Assembly (NCBI GenBank): GCA_016219875.1
Contig: JACRJZ010000169.1
Coordinates: 369 to 64,368 of the forward strand
Direction of reading: 5' to 3'
Length of the DNA stretch: 64,000 nt
Source of the DNA: Verrucomicrobiota bacterium
Lineage (GTDB): Bacteria > Verrucomicrobiota > Verrucomicrobiia > Limisphaerales > JACRJZ01
Part shown: piece after piece, positions 55,135-64,000 of the stretch
Layout: each line of letters starts with the position of its first letter
How positions within the stretch are numbered: the first letter of the stretch is position 1
Notes under the pieces: model-generated
What the model saw: only the letters and a program-made list of their open reading frames with translations
What the model was told of the DNA's origin: nothing
The model's database searches: none
Program-made: the position numbers and the translations under genes

Positions 55135-57258
55135 CTAACTCGTCGTTGCTGCGGGCGCTGGCCTGTCGGCCAAAGTGGTATGCAGGTAAACGAAACGCAC
55201 CCCGCTGCGCAGGTAGTTGTCCACCACCCGCAGCACCTCGGCCGAGCGCAGCCACGGAGGGCCACTCGTGTGGAACCGTTCTTCGACGAGTGCGGCCAGG
55301 CGTTGGTAGCTTTGCGCGATCACGCGCGTCCGCAGCAGATCAAGCAGGTGGCGCTCGATCTCGGCGGCGTTCTCGACCGACGGGTGAACGGCCATCGCCA
55401 GCAGGTAGTAGGTCTGGTGTTCGCCGAAGTGCGGATCGTCATGCACGCCTTCCTCGTCATAGTTTTCCAGCGGGCTGCCCACGGCGTAGGCGATGATGCG
55501 ACCGGAGAAGCGCAACGCCAATCCCACTGCACGCGGGTTGGCCAGCGTACTCTCAATCGCTTCAACCGGGAATTGCAGCAGTGGGCGGCGTCCCTCGTGC
55601 AGCACGTCCGGCGGGTAGTGCGACAAGGAGCCGTAACGCTCGATCTCCACGGTCATCACGCTGGCGCGGTGCTCGGGGAAGTTCTGCGCGTCCAACTCGA
55701 TCACCTCGGCACCCGCGGGTGGGACGCTCATGGGGCTGGCGCGAAGCTCCGGCCCCAACGGCACGGCGGCGCCGCGCGTGAGAATGTCTTCCACCGCCGC
55801 CGCCAGGATTTCCACGGCCTCCTGAATGGCGGCATCCGATGTGTCGTAGCGCGGGTAAAAACGGAGCGCGCGCTCGCCGGCGGGCAAGAGGATCAGCCCG
55901 CGCCGGAAGGCCCGGTCCCGCAGCACATCCCGCCAGTCGGAGCGGGCCACATCAAAGGCGAGCATCACGCCCAGGCCGCGGACTTTCTGGATGAGTTCTG
56001 GAAAGCGTGCCTGCAAGCCTTCGAGCGCGGCACGGGCCGCGGCACCGGTGCGCCGCACTTGGTCGAGGTCCAAACGATCCATCGTGGCCATGAGACGCAA
56101 CATGCCGACGGGATCGCCTTCCCAAGTGGTGTTGAACTTCTTCTCCTCCTGGAAGAAAGCGGCCAGCGCCTCGCTCACAAAGAGCACGCCGTTCTGGGCT
56201 TTCTTGGCCCACGTGACCGCATCCGGAGGTGCCGGGAGATCGAAGTGTTCGTGCGCCCACATTCTTCCAGTGGCGCCGAAACCGGTCTGCACTTCGTCGA
56301 AAATCAACGGCACGTCATGGATCAGCGTGAGCAGGCGAAGGCGTTTGAAGAAACGCGCGCTCGCCAGGCGCACTCCGCCCTCGCCCTGGATCGGTTCGAT
56401 GATGACCGCCGCCACTCGTTGGGCGCGCTTCAGAGTCTCTCCGCCGATTCGTTCTCTCTCAGTGGCGACGAACTGAGCGAGGTTTCCCGGTTGGGCGAGG
56501 AAGGTGTCGATCCGCGCCAGTTCATCCGCAAAGGATTCGCGCTGGCCGTGGCCTCGCAGGATTTGCCAGACCTGCCGCAGGCTCCGTTCCTCGCGCCGCA
56601 GCGTCGCTCCCGGTTGGCGTGAATCCTCGGTGGGAAAGACAGCTTGAGGCCAGTCGAAAGTCGGGAAGCCGAGCCGGGCTTTCTTGCGGTGGGTGACGGC
56701 CAGCGCCCCCAGCGTGCGGCCGTGGAAAGCTCCCTCGAATGAGACGATCACGCCGCCTTCCTTGACTCCGGCAGTGCGCGCCCGCACGAGCAGCGCGGCC
56801 TTGATGGCGTTCTCCACCGCCTCGGCGCCGGTGTTCACGACGAAATGCCGCGGCGTGCCTTTCGGCGCCAGACGATCGAGGGCCGCTTTGAAGCGGAGCG
56901 AAGTGACGGTTTGGTATTCGCTGTGCGCGTAGCGATTCACCAACGTCGGTAGTCCAGCCAGGATCACCTCGGCCAAGTCGGGGTCGTTTTCCCCAAAGGC
57001 GCAGGTAGCGATTTGTGCGCCCATGTCGAGGAAGCGCCAGGGTTCGTCCCGCTCGTCGCGGTCCACTGTGGCGAGGTAACAGCCCGTGCCCTGCGCCGGA
57101 TCGAACGCCACCGGCAGCGAATAAAACAGGCTATGCCGCGCCGCTTCCAGGAGCGCGCGCGACCGGGGGAAGCAGGCGGCGATGCACTCGTCGAGGGGGC
57201 GGTCGAGGTCTTTTAGGGCTTCAGGCGTGCGCGCGCGAATCATGGCGCGCCCAGTCAC
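55135..57258 (-). CDS. class-III PLP aminotransferase (lysine-6/acetylornithine aminotransferase-like) fused to a C-terminal GNAT-like domain
   Basis: IIEPIQGEGGV and FDEVQTGFGATGRMWA (class III). The ~250-aa C-terminal extension has a GNAT-like core (RIIAYAVGSPLE ... YYLLAMAVHPSVENAAEIERHLLDLL). Confidence 0.75.
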   Translation of the reverse strand: MTGRAMIRARTPEALKDLDRPLDECIAACFPRSRALLEAARHSLFYSLPVAFDPAQGTGCYLATVDRDERDEPWRFLDMGAQIATCAFGENDPDLAEVILAGLPTLVNRYAHSEYQTVTSLRFKAALDRLAPKGTPRHFVVNTGAEAVENAIKAALLVRARTAGVKEGGVIVSFEGAFHGRTLGALAVTHRKKARLGFPTFDWPQAVFPTEDSRQPGATLRREERSLRQVWQILRGHGQRESFADELARIDTFLAQPGNLAQFVATERERIGGETLKRAQRVAAVIIEPIQGEGGVRLASARFFKRLRLLTLIHDVPLIFDEVQTGFGATGRMWAHEHFDLPAPPDAVTWAKKAQNGVLFVSEALAAFFQEEKKFNTTWEGDPVGMLRLMATMDRLDLDQVRRTGAAARAALEGLQARFPELIQKVRGLGVMLAFDVARSDWRDVLRDRAFRRGLILLPAGERALRFYPRYDTSDAAIQEAVEILAAAVEDILTRGAAVPLGPELRASPMSVPPAGAEVIELDAQNFPEHRASVMTVEIERYGSLSHYPPDVLHEGRRPLLQFPVEAIESTLANPRAVGLALRFSGRIIAYAVGSPLENYDEEGVHDDPHFGEHQTYYLLAMAVHPSVENAAEIERHLLDLLRTRVIAQSYQRLAALVEERFHTSGPPWLRSAEVLRVVDNYLRSGVRFVYLHTTLADRPAPAATTS

Positions 57259-57447
57259 CGGCTTGTCTCCGCACTTGTCAAGGCAGAGGCGTGGCTTTGG
57301 GAGGGGCTGGCGGCAGGGACGGGAGCCGGCGTCGGGGCGATAGTGCGCGGCACTCGGATGTTGGATTTCCAGTTCGCGAGGGCCTGATGGGCTTTCTAGT
57401 GGGCCTTGTGCGGTTTCTTCTCGAAGGCGGCCAGCTTGGCGGCAGCC

Positions 57448-58953
57448 TCACTTTTCACTCCGCTGAAGAGCGGCGGCACGACTGAGGTTGCCGCAACGGT
57501 CCACCGCGCGAAGAGCCAGCGACGCCGGGAAGCCGGAACGGGTGTTGAGTCGGGCCGAGCGTTGGGCGCCGGGAAAGATTTCGGTCTGCCACGTTTTGCC
57601 TTCCTTCCACTGGAGGAGCCAGAGCCAGGGCACCTCTTGGCCGGCCGACTGCCAGGTGATCTGGAGATCGCCGCGATCCACACTGGCCGCAAGGGACGAA
57701 GGCTGAAGGGGCGCGTGCCGACCCAACCACGGCGAGGCGGGCACGAGCGCGGGTTGGGTGTAGAGCACGCGGCTGAGTTCATCGGCCACGCCGCCTTTGT
57801 TCTGCACGAGCGGCTTGATGCTCCAGAGCAGATCGCCAGTGGCGCGCGCCTGGCGGCGGGTGGCCTGAACTTGCCGGGTGAGTTCACCGGGCACGAGCGC
57901 GGTGCGGTAGGCGCTGTGGCCGGGCCAGAGATGGCGTCGCTGACTGTTCTGGCCGGCCCACCACTTGAGCAGGACCGGATAGCTTTGCTGCGGGGCGTCG
58001 GTGCTCCAGTAGAGTTGCGGCGAGAAGTAGTCGAGCCATCCGCTGGCGAACCACAAACGCGAGTCGGCGTAGAGCTTCTCAAAAGCGTCGAAGCCCCGCA
58101 CCGACGAGGGGAAGCCAGGACGCCAGATGCCGAAGGGACTGACGCCCACTTTGACGCACGGCTTCTGCGCCTTCACGTCGCTGTAGAGCCGGCGGAGGAA
58201 GCTGTTCACGTTCTCTCGCCGCCAGTCGGCGCGGCTGCGCTGGCCGCCGGACTGGACGTAGCGGCGCCAGGTGGAGTCGTCCGGGAAATCCATTTCCCGG
58301 CCCGCCGCATTGTTTTCAGGATACGGATAGAAATAATCGTCGAGGTGAATGCCGTCGATGTCGTACCGCCGGACCACGTCCAAGATCACGTTCAACGAGT
58401 GCTCTTGCACGGCGGGATCGCCGGGATCGAGCCAGAGGTGTTTGCCGTAGCTGCGGACGAGCGCCGGGCGCGTCTGGCTGATGTGATTGGCCGAGATCGC
58501 CGCAGTTCCCGAGGGATGGCGGGCGCGGAACGGGTTGAACCACGCGTGCAACTCCAGGCCGCGGCGGTGGGCCTCGCTGACCACAATCTCCAGCGGGTCG
58601 TAATACGGCTGCGGCGCGGCGCCCATCTGCCCGGTGAGATACTCGGACCACGGCTCGAAGCGGGACGCGTACAGGGCGTCGCACGCCGGACGCACTTGGA
58701 AGACGACGGCGTTCAGGCGGAGTTGGGCGGCGCGGTCCAGGAGGGCGAGCAACTCGGCCTTCTGTTGCGCGACGGGCAGGCCGCGCTTGGAGGGCCAGTC
58801 GATGTTGTTGACCGTGGCCACCCAGACGCCGCGAAATTCGCGCGCCGGCAGGGGCGGGGAGGCTTTGCCCGGCCCGTAGGCCGCCGCCGCGGAAGGGTTG
58901 GCGGCGAGCAGGAGGGCCAGCCAGGCGGCGGGCGGCGTTCGCGGGCGCGTCAT
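57448..58953 (-). CDS. secreted glycoside hydrolase family-10-like protein (GHL10/DUF187)
   Basis: Start moved to ATG 58953 (MTRPRTPPAAWLALLLAANPSAAAA). REFRGVWVATVNNIDWPS, LNAVVFQVRP, ELHAWFNPF, IDGIHLDDYFYP. Confidence 0.8.
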   Translation of the reverse strand: MTRPRTPPAAWLALLLAANPSAAAAYGPGKASPPLPAREFRGVWVATVNNIDWPSKRGLPVAQQKAELLALLDRAAQLRLNAVVFQVRPACDALYASRFEPWSEYLTGQMGAAPQPYYDPLEIVVSEAHRRGLELHAWFNPFRARHPSGTAAISANHISQTRPALVRSYGKHLWLDPGDPAVQEHSLNVILDVVRRYDIDGIHLDDYFYPYPENNAAGREMDFPDDSTWRRYVQSGGQRSRADWRRENVNSFLRRLYSDVKAQKPCVKVGVSPFGIWRPGFPSSVRGFDAFEKLYADSRLWFASGWLDYFSPQLYWSTDAPQQSYPVLLKWWAGQNSQRRHLWPGHSAYRTALVPGELTRQVQATRRQARATGDLLWSIKPLVQNKGGVADELSRVLYTQPALVPASPWLGRHAPLQPSSLAASVDRGDLQITWQSAGQEVPWLWLLQWKEGKTWQTEIFPGAQRSARLNTRSGFPASLALRAVDRCGNLSRAAALQRSEK

Positions 58954-59160
58954 GTCGCGCGGAGTTAGCCACAGCGCCGGCCGGGAGAAAAGCCCAAAGC
59001 GGCCGGGAATAAACCGGCGGCCCGGACCTCGTACCCGTTGTGAAGTTTGTGACCGCGCAACGAGAACGGTGCGAAGGTCTGCTTGCGTGCCGCCCCGCGG
59101 CCCGGCATCCTCCGGGGTGTCGGGCGCGGCGGTCTTGCCGAGGGGCAGGATCCGCCGCGG

Positions 59161-59730
59161 ATGTGGAACGTGAAACCGCGGGCAGACCTTGGCGACATTG
59201 TGGACGAACTGAGCTTTGAACGGGTGGTGAGTATGTACTACCAGTCTCTCTATCGTTTCGCATTGGGTCTGACCGGCCAGGAGAACGACGCTTGGGACCT
59301 GACCCAGCAGACGTTTTATCGCTGGGCCACCAAAGGCCACCAGTTGGAAGACAAGGCCAAGGTCAAGTCGTGGCTCTTCACCACCTTGCACCGCGAGTTC
59401 CTCAACTCCCTGCGCCGCGGCAACCGCTTTCCGCACCTGGAGGTGGAATCCGTCGCACATGAACTGCCGCCCGTGGCCCCGCAGGTCGAGGCGCGGGCCG
59501 ACGAGGCTTCCGTGGTGGAGGCGCTGCAGCAATTGGAGGAAATCTACCGCTCGCCGCTGGTGCTGTTTTATCTGGAGGAACATTCGTATCGCGAGATCGC
59601 GGACATCCTGGGCGTCCCGGACGGGACCGTGATGTCGCGCATCTCGCGGGGCAAGGCGCTGCTGCGCCGGTTGCTGGCCGACAAACAAAGCGGCGGGAAC
59701 CCGACCTCGCCCGCCCCGTCAACCAACTGA
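59161..59730 (+). CDS. ECF sigma-70 family factor
   Basis: Region 2 is YQSLYRFALGLTGQENDAWDLTQQTFYRW ... SWLFTTLHREFLN. Region 4 is PLVLFYLEEHSYREIADILGVPDGTVMSRISRGKALL. Confidence 0.85.
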   Translation: MWNVKPRADLGDIVDELSFERVVSMYYQSLYRFALGLTGQENDAWDLTQQTFYRWATKGHQLEDKAKVKSWLFTTLHREFLNSLRRGNRFPHLEVESVAHELPPVAPQVEARADEASVVEALQQLEEIYRSPLVLFYLEEHSYREIADILGVPDGTVMSRISRGKALLRRLLADKQSGGNPTSPAPSTN

Positions 59731-59738
59731 GGTTTTCC

Positions 59739-60533
59739 ATGACGCGTGACGAAGCCAAATTGATTCTGCAAGCCTGCCGCCCCGGCGGGCAGGACGCCGC
59801 CAACCCGCGATGCGCGGAGGCGATGGCCCTGGCACAAACCGATCCGGAACTGGCCGCGTGGCTGGCCCAGGAGCGGGCCTTTGACGCCTCCATCAGCGCC
59901 AAGCTCAAGTCCAATCCGGTGCCGCCGAACCTGAGAACGGCCATTCTCGCCGGAGAAAAAGTGATCCGACAGCTTGCTTGGTGGCACCTCATCAACTGGC
60001 GCCGCGTGGCCGCGTGTGCCGCAATCCTGGTGGTCGGCGTAGCGGCATTCCTGTTCAGCCTGAACAAGACGCAGACCATCCTCGCTGCCACCGACGAGGC
60101 CATCGAGATCGCTCAGAGCCGGGTCACCCACCTTTCGTTGCACACGAACAATCTGGCCGGCGTGCGGCAGTTCTTCAGCAAGTGCCGCGCGCCGGCGGAC
60201 TTCGACGTGCCCTCGGGCTTGCGCAAGCTGCCGGTCATGGGCGGTACGCTGGTCGGGGTGCAATACCGGACGGCTTCGGTGGTTTGTTTCCGCATCACCG
60301 GCCAGAATTACCTGACCCTCTTCGTCATGGACGAACTTCCCGACGGCACCATCCCGCCGGAAGGCGAGATCAAGTTCGTGGCGCAAGGCGAGTGGACCAC
60401 CGCCATCTGGAACGAAAAGGGCAAGACCTACATGGTCCACGGCAAGGTCCATCCCAACTCCCTGCGCCGGATGCTGACCCAGGGCCGTGGCGCGGGTGGT
60501 CCGCTTCAAGTTGAAAGCGGCCCTCCGGCCTGA
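59739..60533 (+). CDS. membrane-anchored anti-sigma factor (candidate)
   Basis: Begins 8 nt after the sigma gene. It has a cytoplasmic N-terminal helix region, a single TM (VAACAAILVVGVAAFLF) and a ~170-aa extracytoplasmic domain. Confidence 0.65.
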   Translation: MTRDEAKLILQACRPGGQDAANPRCAEAMALAQTDPELAAWLAQERAFDASISAKLKSNPVPPNLRTAILAGEKVIRQLAWWHLINWRRVAACAAILVVGVAAFLFSLNKTQTILAATDEAIEIAQSRVTHLSLHTNNLAGVRQFFSKCRAPADFDVPSGLRKLPVMGGTLVGVQYRTASVVCFRITGQNYLTLFVMDELPDGTIPPEGEIKFVAQGEWTTAIWNEKGKTYMVHGKVHPNSLRRMLTQGRGAGGPLQVESGPPA

Positions 60534-60538
60534 TTCCG

Positions 60539-60883
60539 TTGGCGCCGCCTCCAAGGTCCCCCCACTTGACCGGCTTGGAGATCCAGGAATACTACCACAC
60601 GACCACGTTTGGCAGTCGCGTTGCCGACGGGGTTTACGAAACGCTTTTGGATGGGATGGAATCGGAGGAGCTCCGCGTGAACGAAGGCGTCCATGTGTGG
60701 CACTACCTGATCCTCGACGACCATTTCACTTGGCGGGAGTGCGGTCGGTCGCACCTCTGTCGCGTCATGGACATGCTCCACATGGGGTTTGTGGACGAGG
60801 TGCTGTTCGGGAGGGAAACGGTGGAGCGACCTCCAAAGCTTGTGAAAGCTTGGATGCAGACTTGCCGGTCACGGTCGCTGTAG
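60539..60883 (+). CDS. hypothetical small protein downstream of the sigma/anti-sigma pair
   Basis: ORF only, with no recognisable motif. It starts 5 nt after the anti-sigma stop, and the start codon is uncertain. Confidence 0.3.
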   Translation: MAPPPRSPHLTGLEIQEYYHTTTFGSRVADGVYETLLDGMESEELRVNEGVHVWHYLILDDHFTWRECGRSHLCRVMDMLHMGFVDEVLFGRETVERPPKLVKAWMQTCRSRSL

Positions 60884-60974
60884 AACCATTCCAAGGGCGG
60901 CTTGCGGAGGACGGCCATGCAAGACGGCCAACGTGAAGCGGCGCGCTGGACAGATGCTCCAACTTACCCTTCCC

Positions 60975-62150
60975 TCACCTCCGATACCCCCCGCACTCCT
61001 GCAACGCCTCCCACATGGCCAGGATGTTTTCCGCGGGCACGTCGGCCTGAATGTTGTGGACGGTGTTGAAGATGAAGCCGCCGCCCGGCGCGAAATCATC
61101 CACGCGGCGCTTCACTTCGTCGCGCACTTGCTGGGGCGTGCCGTGCGGGAGGACATGCTGGGTGTCCACACCGCCGCCGTAGAAAGTCAGGTCTTTCCCG
61201 AAACGTCGCTTCAGTTCCTTCGAGTCCATGCCGGCGGCGCTCACTTGCACGGGATTCAGGATGTCGATGCCGGATTCGATCAGGTCGGGCAGCAGCGGCA
61301 GGACGGCCCCGCAGGAGTGATAGAAGATCTTGACTGGTGCCTTGGCCACTTTGCGGATGTGGGCGAAGAGCTGCGTGTGGCGCGGCTTGATGAACTTCCG
61401 ATACATGGCCGGGCTGCACAGGCAGGCGTTCTGGCTCGCGAGGTCGTCGGCCTCGCTCACCATCATCACGTCCGGGCCGACGGTGGCGAGCGCTCGCTCC
61501 CAATACCGGGCTTTGATCTCCATGATGATGTCCATGAGCGCCTCGGCGAACGCGGGTCGCTCGGCCATGTCGCAGAAAAAATTCTCGAAGCCGCGCATCC
61601 AGATAGCGATTTCCCAGATGCCGGGCGCGTTGCGGCCGAGCACGTAGGCGACGTGGCGGCGGTTCATCAACTCGTCGGCGCGCGCGGCCATGCTGTCGTA
61701 GCGCGCGGGATGAAGCGGATCGGGGAACTTGAACTTCTTCAGCCCTTCCACGGTGTCGATGTGCTCCAGCGGATGGCGGCGCATGTCGAAGTAGAATCCG
61801 CCTTCCACCGGCATCCACCACTCGATGCCCCATTCGTCGATGATCTTGTGGTAACCGTTCTCGGTCCAGGGCGGCGGAGTGGAGCCGGGGACTTTGCCGG
61901 GATTGAGGCCCCAGACATCGACCTTGAGCCGCGCTTTCACGTCTTCCTCCACCTTGGCGAGCTGCTGGTGCATGTCTTCGATCTGCGGCTCCGTCTCAGG
62001 CAAGCCGAGGTGTTGGCGGAGCCGGCGGTAAGCGTGACGGTTGATGCCGGTGAGGATCGTGCCGCCCAGATCGTAAGGCACACGGTCGGGTTCAGTATGG
62101 TTCAGCGCCGCGGCGACGCGGCTTCGGCTGGTCCAAGTTTGGCTCGTCAT
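60975..62150 (-). CDS. uroporphyrinogen decarboxylase (URO-D) family protein (MtaA/CmuA-like methyltransferase or decarboxylase)
   Basis: Start chosen at ATG 62150 (MTSQTWTSRSRVAAALNHTEPDRVPYDLGGT). KIFYHSCGAV, GIDILNPVQ. Confidence 0.7.
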   Translation of the reverse strand: MTSQTWTSRSRVAAALNHTEPDRVPYDLGGTILTGINRHAYRRLRQHLGLPETEPQIEDMHQQLAKVEEDVKARLKVDVWGLNPGKVPGSTPPPWTENGYHKIIDEWGIEWWMPVEGGFYFDMRRHPLEHIDTVEGLKKFKFPDPLHPARYDSMAARADELMNRRHVAYVLGRNAPGIWEIAIWMRGFENFFCDMAERPAFAEALMDIIMEIKARYWERALATVGPDVMMVSEADDLASQNACLCSPAMYRKFIKPRHTQLFAHIRKVAKAPVKIFYHSCGAVLPLLPDLIESGIDILNPVQVSAAGMDSKELKRRFGKDLTFYGGGVDTQHVLPHGTPQQVRDEVKRRVDDFAPGGGFIFNTVHNIQADVPAENILAMWEALQECGGYRR

Positions 62151-62460
62151 GGCTGTGCGATGTCGTGCTTGTTGCGCGGCCATGCTTGTCGAACTTCGGG
62201 CAAAGGTCAACCCGGCAGGAAGCAGGCCACCGAGCCGCGCTCAAATCCGAAATCCGAATCCTGAAACAAACTCGAAATACGAGCCTCTTTCCAAACCTCG
62301 TAGCAGCCGACGTAAGGAGAGTCTGAGCAGCGAAAAGCCGCTGCTGGATCGGGCCAAGGAACTTTCCAGTGCCTTCGGGCAGCCCCAACCGGTGGTGGGG
62401 CCTGCTGAGCACACCCCAACCGGCCGGGACGTTCCTTGGCAGGCTCAAACCTTAAGAGCC

Positions 62461-62578
62461 TGTTTGAAAACCCCGTTTGGAGTTCCGCGTTTACACGGTT
62501 CGTGCGGCGCGCCCCCGCTAAACCGCGAAAACGCGGAACTCCAAACTTCGATTCGTCGCGGCTCAAGGGAGTTTTCAG
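62461..62578. repeat. inverted-repeat structure abutting the intron 3' boundary
   Basis: Perfect 18-bp arms GTTTGGAGTTCCGCGTTT (62475-62492) / AAACGCGGAACTCCAAAC (62529-62546), with outer GAAAACCCC / GGGAGTTTTC partial complementarity. Confidence 0.7.
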
Positions 62579-62644
62579 TAGAGTAGGCGGAGCTGACGGG
62601 GTGAGAGGCCCAAGGCCCATGACCGTCTGACTCCGCCCCTCATC

Positions 62645-62677
62645 GAACCGGACGGGCGGTTTTCCCGCATCCGGCTC
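62645..62677 (-). ncRNA. group II intron ribozyme domain V
   Basis: Minus-strand GAGCCGGAUGCGGGAAAACCGCCCGUCCGGUUC. It has the AGC triad, a 9-bp lower helix (GAGCCGGAU/GUCCGGUUC), a 2-nt CC bulge, a GCGG/CCGC upper helix and an A-rich loop. This matches the GAGCCGUAU...ACGGUUC consensus. Confidence 0.85.
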
Positions 62678-62770
62678 TCCGAGGGCCATTCACGCGCAGC
62701 GCTTCTACGCCCGTGCCCGTTTCCACACCGCCCTCGTGGGCAGCCGATAGAGGCCACAGCGTTCCTGGAG

Positions 62771-63846
62771 TTATTCCCGTGGCGTCGTCGGCCACAGGTT
62801 GCGCGCACACCCGCCTTTGCGCCACAGCCAGCGTTGCACCCGGTTCACCACAAAGTGGTTCATCCGGTCCAACACCCGCGTGCTGTGGCCGTAATGGAAA
62901 TACCCGCCCCAGCCTTTGAGCAAGCGGTTGAGTTTCGGAATCACCTCGTCCGCCGCACGCCAGAGCGTCCAGGGGTTGAGCTTGTCCCGTAGCTTGGTTT
63001 GGCTTTTGGGGTGGGGTTCGATATGCGGATAGGCGCGTCCGCTTTTGGCTTGTCGCCAACTCACACTGAAGCCGAGGAACTTGAAGCCTTCCTGCCGGAC
63101 CTCCAGCAGGCGAGTCTACTCTTCGTTGAGCTTCAGGCCGTGGCGGTCCAGCCACCGTTGCAGCCGCGCCTGCAACTCGCTCCCCTGCCCCGGTCGGGAC
63201 AGAATCACGAAGTCGTCGGTGTAGCGCACCAGCACCGGGCGCAACGCGCAGCGTTCGCTCACCTGCCAGTCCAGCCGGTTCAGATACAGGTTGGCCAGCC
63301 GCGGGGAAGTCACACCGCCTGGCGGGGTGCCGTTTCTGAAATCTCAAATTTGAAATTTGAGATTTCAGATTGCGGGAGGCTGTCGAAGTAGCCGCTCAAA
63401 TCGGCGTCGATGACTTCGGTGCGTCCGCGGCGCAGGGCCTGGCTGAGGGCGTCCATCGCTTGGTGGGCATTGCGTCGGGGCCGGTCGGCGTCGCTGTGGG
63501 GATGGCGGTCGGCTTCCCAGATCGGCAGCAGCAGCAACGCCACCGCCGTCGGCACGACACGGTCTTTGACCGTCGGGAGGCCCAAGGGGCGGGTTTTCCC
63601 GTGGCCTTTGGGAATCCACACCCGGCGCACCGGACTGGGCCGATACGTTTTGGTGCGGAGTTCTTCCAGCAACAAGTCCCGCCAGCAAACCCACGCTTCG
63701 TCACTCTGGGTGTAGGCCGAGCCGGAGTGCCCGTCCCGTCCTGTCGTCCTCGCTGACCCCGCCGAGAGGTGGCCCCGCCGCATGACTGTTGGAGGACGGC
63801 GCCTGGCCGCCTTCGCCGTTCGAGTAGCGGCTCGGCTCTCGGACAT
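62771..63846 (-). pseudogene. group II intron reverse transcriptase/maturase, disrupted
   Basis: RT motifs [61 protein letters not shown] and LVRYTDDFVIL, with the X/maturase LNRLLKGWGGYFHYG. The ORF is broken in three ways: a 35-bp palindrome replaces part of the RT palm at 63335-63369, the frame shifts there, and an in-frame TAG at 63116-63118 sits where EEK-T is expected. Confidence 0.8.
63335..63369. repeat. 35-bp perfect simple-sequence palindrome inserted in the intron ORF
   Basis: TCTGAAATCTCAAATTTGAAATTTGAGATTTCAGA (17-bp arms). Related in style to the TTGAAAGTTGAAAG-type sequences at 9682-9735, 29005-29035 and 47846-47876. Confidence 0.85.
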
Positions 63847-64000
63847 CTGTTTCGAGGCTCATTGGATGAGGTTCACGTTCGTTACGACCGGACGGTTCAG
63901 CCTGGATCGTGCTTTCGGGTTCAGCTTCGGGGCTGCTTCCCAGACCCAGCTTTCGGTCGTGAACAGTCTAACTCGACCGGCGGGACTCACACCCGCGTGG

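Larger units (their letters stand above)
62583..64000 (-). mobile_element. bacterial group II intron, 3' two-thirds (5' end lies beyond the window), with degenerate intron-encoded protein
   Basis: RT/maturase ORF fragments lie upstream, followed by canonical domain V and a domain VI helix with a bulged A (CCGUC-A-GCUCCGCC) ending ..CUAC near 62583. The boundary is approximate (+/-10 nt). Confidence 0.8.

Noticed and set aside
62640-63347. 235-aa ORF overlapping the intron RT fragments in another frame.
   Set aside because: It spans domain V and the RT pseudogene out of frame and has no RT or other motifs. It is a shadow ORF.

Overview
GC-rich chromosomal segment (roughly 60-65% G+C by eye, not computed). 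The gene content, weak Shine-Dalgarno signals and several families of short palindromic repeats suggest a PVC-group, Verrucomicrobiota-like bacterium, but that is inference only. I support about 50 protein genes, mostly on the minus strand, one tRNA-Arg(CCG) and one decayed group II intron at the right edge. Left to right: a DHp-only mini-protein, a secreted BSP-type metallopeptidase, and a porin / periplasmic PDC protein / two-MCP block. Then ispD, lpxA, a candidate sphingolipid-type operon (alpha-oxoamine synthase, SDR reductase, PAP2), a lactate permease, tRNA-Arg and lepB. Next come a 1180-aa secreted cupredoxin-SGDH-4xCHRD protein, a radical SAM protein, a USP, two RND efflux pairs with a TetR regulator, and an M2/M3-like peptidase. 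These are followed by an ECF sigma next to a tetra-heme cytochrome c, a DUF2249x2 / polytopic membrane / DUF59 operon, cysS, and a small low-GC islet carrying one TM mini-protein behind three phased palindromes. The right third holds a DnaJ-class chaperone, a CPBP protease, thiL-tsaE-tsaB, a run of membrane proteins including creD, ispH, a wHTH regulator with a membrane partner, an aminotransferase-GNAT fusion, a GHL10 hydrolase, an ECF sigma/anti-sigma pair and a URO-D family enzyme. No cas genes, integrases, transposases or obvious defence or toxin systems are visible. The most interesting items are non-canonical. They include the low-GC islet, the uncharacterised DUF2249/membrane/DUF59 module, the sigma plus multiheme cytochrome pair, the CHRD giant protein and the sphingolipid-like operon with GGACCAC arrays. 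They also include a CRISPR-like two-repeat unit with no cas genes, repeat elements nested inside repeats and inside operons, and the broken intron with an intact ribozyme core. All family assignments come from motif recognition by eye and need HMM or BLAST confirmation.
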